Of a DNA stretch of 48,631 bases, positions 46,033-48,631 are shown piece after piece; the stretch's first letter is position 1, and each line of letters starts with the position of its first letter. Both the position numbers and the translations under genes were made by a program. The stretch spans positions 1 through 48,631 of the forward strand of contig WRAD01000003.1 of the NCBI GenBank assembly GCA_009780375.1. Direction: 5' to 3'. The stretch comes from Bacillota bacterium (GTDB lineage: Bacteria > Bacillota > Clostridia > Christensenellales > UBA1242). Under the pieces are notes generated by a model. That model searched no databases. It was not told where the DNA came from and saw only the letters and a program-made list of their open reading frames with translations.

Positions 46033-46350
46033 ATGGATTTAAAAAGTTTTTCTAACACAGATGATTATGCAGGCTATCGTGATGAAAGCGTTCTTAAGGA
46101 AAAAGAAACAAAACAGCAAGAGCCAGAACAAGAAAAAAAGATAACAGAACAAGATGTTCGCGAAACAATTGGCAAATATGCAAAATTCAGCAACGACGAG
46201 TTAATGGTAGAGCTTATGAAACAGGTTGCATTGCAAAAAGGCAAAGGCAATGCCGAAGGCATGAAATCAACCATTGAAAGAATCAAGCCTTTTCTTAACG
46301 CAGAACAACAGAAACGTCTGGAGGCAATTATAAAACAAATGAATCTATAA
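46033..46350 (+). CDS. Hypothetical helical protein (105 aa)
   Basis: ORF with a charged, helical composition. No recognised motif. Confidence 0.45.
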   Translation: MDLKSFSNTDDYAGYRDESVLKEKETKQQEPEQEKKITEQDVRETIGKYAKFSNDELMVELMKQVALQKGKGNAEGMKSTIERIKPFLNAEQQKRLEAIIKQMNL

Positions 46351-46400
46351 ATTAATGTGACTTTTGCAAGAAAGTCATTACATCAATTTTTTTCATATAT

Positions 46401-46907
46401 ATGTGTATGAAAAAAATTGAAAGTTGGAGCGAGCCAGATGACCTTGGCATGGCACAGAGTTTTAATCTTCCTTTATTTAATCAAGAACAAAAAACTCGGG
46501 ATCAGCCAAATTCACAACCTGAATGCAGATGTAGACAAAATAAAATTGAATATTCTGAACATAGTAAAACTTCGGAAAAAAAATCAACAGGAAAGATCAA
46601 TGATATCGGTGGTTTTGATATATCCGCACTTCTTTCAATGCTTGGAGGTGGTCAGAACGGAAACAATCCACTTTTTGACATCGTTACCAAAATGATGTCA
46701 AGTGGTGGTCTGGGCGACACAAAAAATCAAAATTCAAATAATGGTTTTAATTTAGGCGGGTTCAATTTGATGAATTTATTACCATTGTTTATGAACAGTG
46801 GTCTTTTTATCGAAAATTTTTTCAAATCAGGAACAAGTAACAAATCTGTGAATCAAGAGAATTCAAACTCGCGTGTAATTGATTTATCGGACTATGATGT
46901 CAGATAA
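46401..46907 (+). CDS. Hypothetical Gly/Asn-rich low-complexity protein
   Basis: 168-aa ORF. The start is uncertain (alternative ATG at 46407). No SD and no recognised motif. Confidence 0.4.
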   Translation: MCMKKIESWSEPDDLGMAQSFNLPLFNQEQKTRDQPNSQPECRCRQNKIEYSEHSKTSEKKSTGKINDIGGFDISALLSMLGGGQNGNNPLFDIVTKMMSSGGLGDTKNQNSNNGFNLGGFNLMNLLPLFMNSGLFIENFFKSGTSNKSVNQENSNSRVIDLSDYDVR

Positions 46908-47490
46908 TCACCACAACATAAGAATCCTTCCATTTATCAAAATTAATTTCAAGATTTTTAAGGAAATACAACTTATTTACGATAATGAATTTCGGCACGC
47001 GAAAATGCGAGCGAGCAAGTGAAAGTGCCAGTAACTGGTTGTCTGACAAATTCTTAAGTTTACTTTTGGGGTCGAGTTGGTAATGCTTAATCACCTCATC
47101 CGTTTTTTGTTTCGCATCAACCTTGGTATCTCTTGCACGAAGTACAGTGTAAACATTTTTATAAACACTTGTTCCCTTTGACAAAAACATTGTAGGATCT
47201 CCAATAGCAAGTACATTGTTCAATGACGAACGTGAAAAATTAACGATATCAAGTGAATCACTTATTTCATCGATACCTTTTGGAACGACTATATCTGGAT
47301 GCTGGTACCTCATAGTTTGTAATAAACTTTGTTGTGGTGGTAATGGTTTAAGGCCGGATAATAAAAAAAATAATTTATCCGCAAGTTGTTCTTCACCTAT
47401 CTCGAATGTATGTGGTTTACCTTGTTCTATCTCTGCACTGAATATAAATGGTATGCCCTGATGAACAATCTTTAAATTAATCTTTAACAT
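46900..47490 (-). CDS. ABC-ATPase-fold-like protein with degenerate catalytic motifs
   Basis: The overall pattern follows an ABC nucleotide-binding domain. However, Walker A is IGEEQLADK, the signature is LSDNQ (instead of LSGGQ), and Walker B is FIIVNKL (instead of hhhhDEP). The start overlaps the ansA stop. Confidence 0.5.
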   Translation of the reverse strand: MLKINLKIVHQGIPFIFSAEIEQGKPHTFEIGEEQLADKLFFLLSGLKPLPPQQSLLQTMRYQHPDIVVPKGIDEISDSLDIVNFSRSSLNNVLAIGDPTMFLSKGTSVYKNVYTVLRARDTKVDAKQKTDEVIKHYQLDPKSKLKNLSDNQLLALSLARSHFRVPKFIIVNKLYFLKNLEINFDKWKDSYVVVII

Positions 47491-48542
47491 TTTTGTATTT
47501 CACCTCGAATTGAGGTTACAAGTAATTCACATATTTTTTCATATGTAAATCCTTGTGCAAGTAACCATGAGAGTTTGACGGTTGCCGCCTCTATTGAAAT
47601 ATCGTTGCCTGGAATTGCACCAAGTTCTCGTGCGTAAATTGCCGGTTGATATTGTGTCATTGATGCCACGCCACCAGGCGTTTGAGTTGTTACAATTATA
47701 GGAATTTTCTTTTTTCGCAAGAAATCAAAAGCAGATCGCAAGCAGTTATAAGTTGCATTTAATGACGCAACGTTTGGGTTGCCATCACCGTATGAGCGAA
47801 TTACAAAGCCTTTGACGCCTATGTCGGCCAGATTGATTATTATATCGGGGTTTAATGATGGAAATTCGGACAATGCAATTATGTTTGGTTCAAAAGCATT
47901 TTTTACGTCAAGCTGTGCTGCTTTTTTTGCATAAGGTTTAAGAAAAGAAAGATGTAACGCAATCTCATGTTCATTATATATGATTTGGTTACCAATCACA
48001 CCAAGTCCCCTGAAACGACGCGAACATTTAAATGCATCGTAATCAAGTTCGGTTTGCTTTTTAACCTTTGTTCCTGTTACAATTTGCGTCCCAAAAACAA
48101 GAAACACACCAACAAGGTCTTTTCTTTCGGCAAGAACACGCAAACAATTGTCAAGGTTAATAATCGTGTCTGTGCCAATAACACCGATAGGGGCCTGGGC
48201 CCCTGTGAAACAAACAGGTTTACCAAGATTTCCAAGTGCAAACGAAACCGCCGACATTGTGTACCCCATAGTATCTGTGCCATGTGTAATAATAAAAGCA
48301 TCATGGTCATCATAACTGTCAACAATCGTTTGAACTATGATTTTCCAATCGTCCATTACTATGTTTGTACTGTCCTTATTTAAAATTGATTTTGATACAA
48401 TTTCGGCAATGCCTAAACGCTCTTTTTTATAATTAAGAATCCTTATAAGATTGTCTGTTTTGTTTGTATCCGCAACGTTAACACCGTCACTGTCTTGATC
48501 CATGCCAATTGTTCCACCGGTTGTAATAATTAAGATTTTCAT
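47484..48542 (-). CDS. ansA: L-asparaginase, type I (cytoplasmic)
   Basis: MKILIITTGGTIGM (catalytic Thr motif) and HGTDTMGYT. 352 aa with no signal peptide. Confidence 0.85.
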   Translation of the reverse strand: MKILIITTGGTIGMDQDSDGVNVADTNKTDNLIRILNYKKERLGIAEIVSKSILNKDSTNIVMDDWKIIVQTIVDSYDDHDAFIITHGTDTMGYTMSAVSFALGNLGKPVCFTGAQAPIGVIGTDTIINLDNCLRVLAERKDLVGVFLVFGTQIVTGTKVKKQTELDYDAFKCSRRFRGLGVIGNQIIYNEHEIALHLSFLKPYAKKAAQLDVKNAFEPNIIALSEFPSLNPDIIINLADIGVKGFVIRSYGDGNPNVASLNATYNCLRSAFDFLRKKKIPIIVTTQTPGGVASMTQYQPAIYARELGAIPGNDISIEAATVKLSWLLAQGFTYEKICELLVTSIRGEIQKC

Positions 48543-48631
48543 AACTTAAAGTATAACATAAACACTAAAAATGTTAAAGCAGAACAAAATCACCTTTCGG
48601 TGCGTTTCAGCCGAGATCCTAGTACAAAAAA

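Noticed and set aside
48590-48631. CACC-GAAA-GGTG tetraloop hairpin near the right edge, upstream of ansA
   Set aside because: The stem is only 4 bp and the window truncates the context. I cannot tell a terminator, a riboswitch fragment or chance apart.

Overview
AT-rich, gene-dense chromosomal segment from an endospore-forming low-GC Firmicute (Clostridia-like). Almost all genes are on the minus strand. I saw no rRNA, tRNA or CRISPR array. Two parts stand out. (1) Positions 1 to about 8300 hold a tightly packed minus-strand block of overlapping, translationally coupled ORFs with no housekeeping similarity. It contains a Zot/pI-like P-loop ATPase preceded by five N-terminally membrane-anchored proteins, one of which is a 56-aa hydrophobic ORF below the ORF-track cutoff. 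It also carries a single opposite-strand cargo gene (zinc ribbon plus PD-(D/E)XK-like nuclease) with its own near-consensus promoter, and a 470-bp non-coding stretch. I read this as an inovirus-like (filamentous-phage-like) integrated element. It runs off the left window edge and sits exactly where hslU would be expected after hslV. It is atypical: the ATPase has no TM segment, there are two anchored coiled-coil proteins, and no Rep or integrase is visible in the window. This is the best candidate for a poorly described system here. (2) Positions 8351 to 48631 are core genome. Housekeeping genes are hslV, topA, dprA, comM/yifB, tkt, frr, a MiaB-family enzyme, PBP1A, obg, trpS, smpB, scpAB, nth and ansA. 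They are interleaved with sporulation genes: pro-sigK, spoIVA with a sigma-E-type promoter, a SpoIIM-like protein, a DacF/DacB-like carboxypeptidase, and spoIIAA-spoIIAB-sigF. There are also several surface or secreted loci: a 944-aa beta-helix adhesin-like protein with tandem 26-aa repeats, an S8 protease with LRR and two discoidin domains next to lipoproteins, and a lipoprotein/prodomain-like cluster. Smaller oddities are a homopolymer frameshift, a 41-nt intergenic repeat present twice, an apparently leaderless trpS with no T-box, a TRAM-less methylthiotransferase, a degenerate ABC-ATPase-like protein, and a Glu in place of the catalytic Asp of the subtilase. All functional calls come from motif recognition by eye. 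No database search was run.
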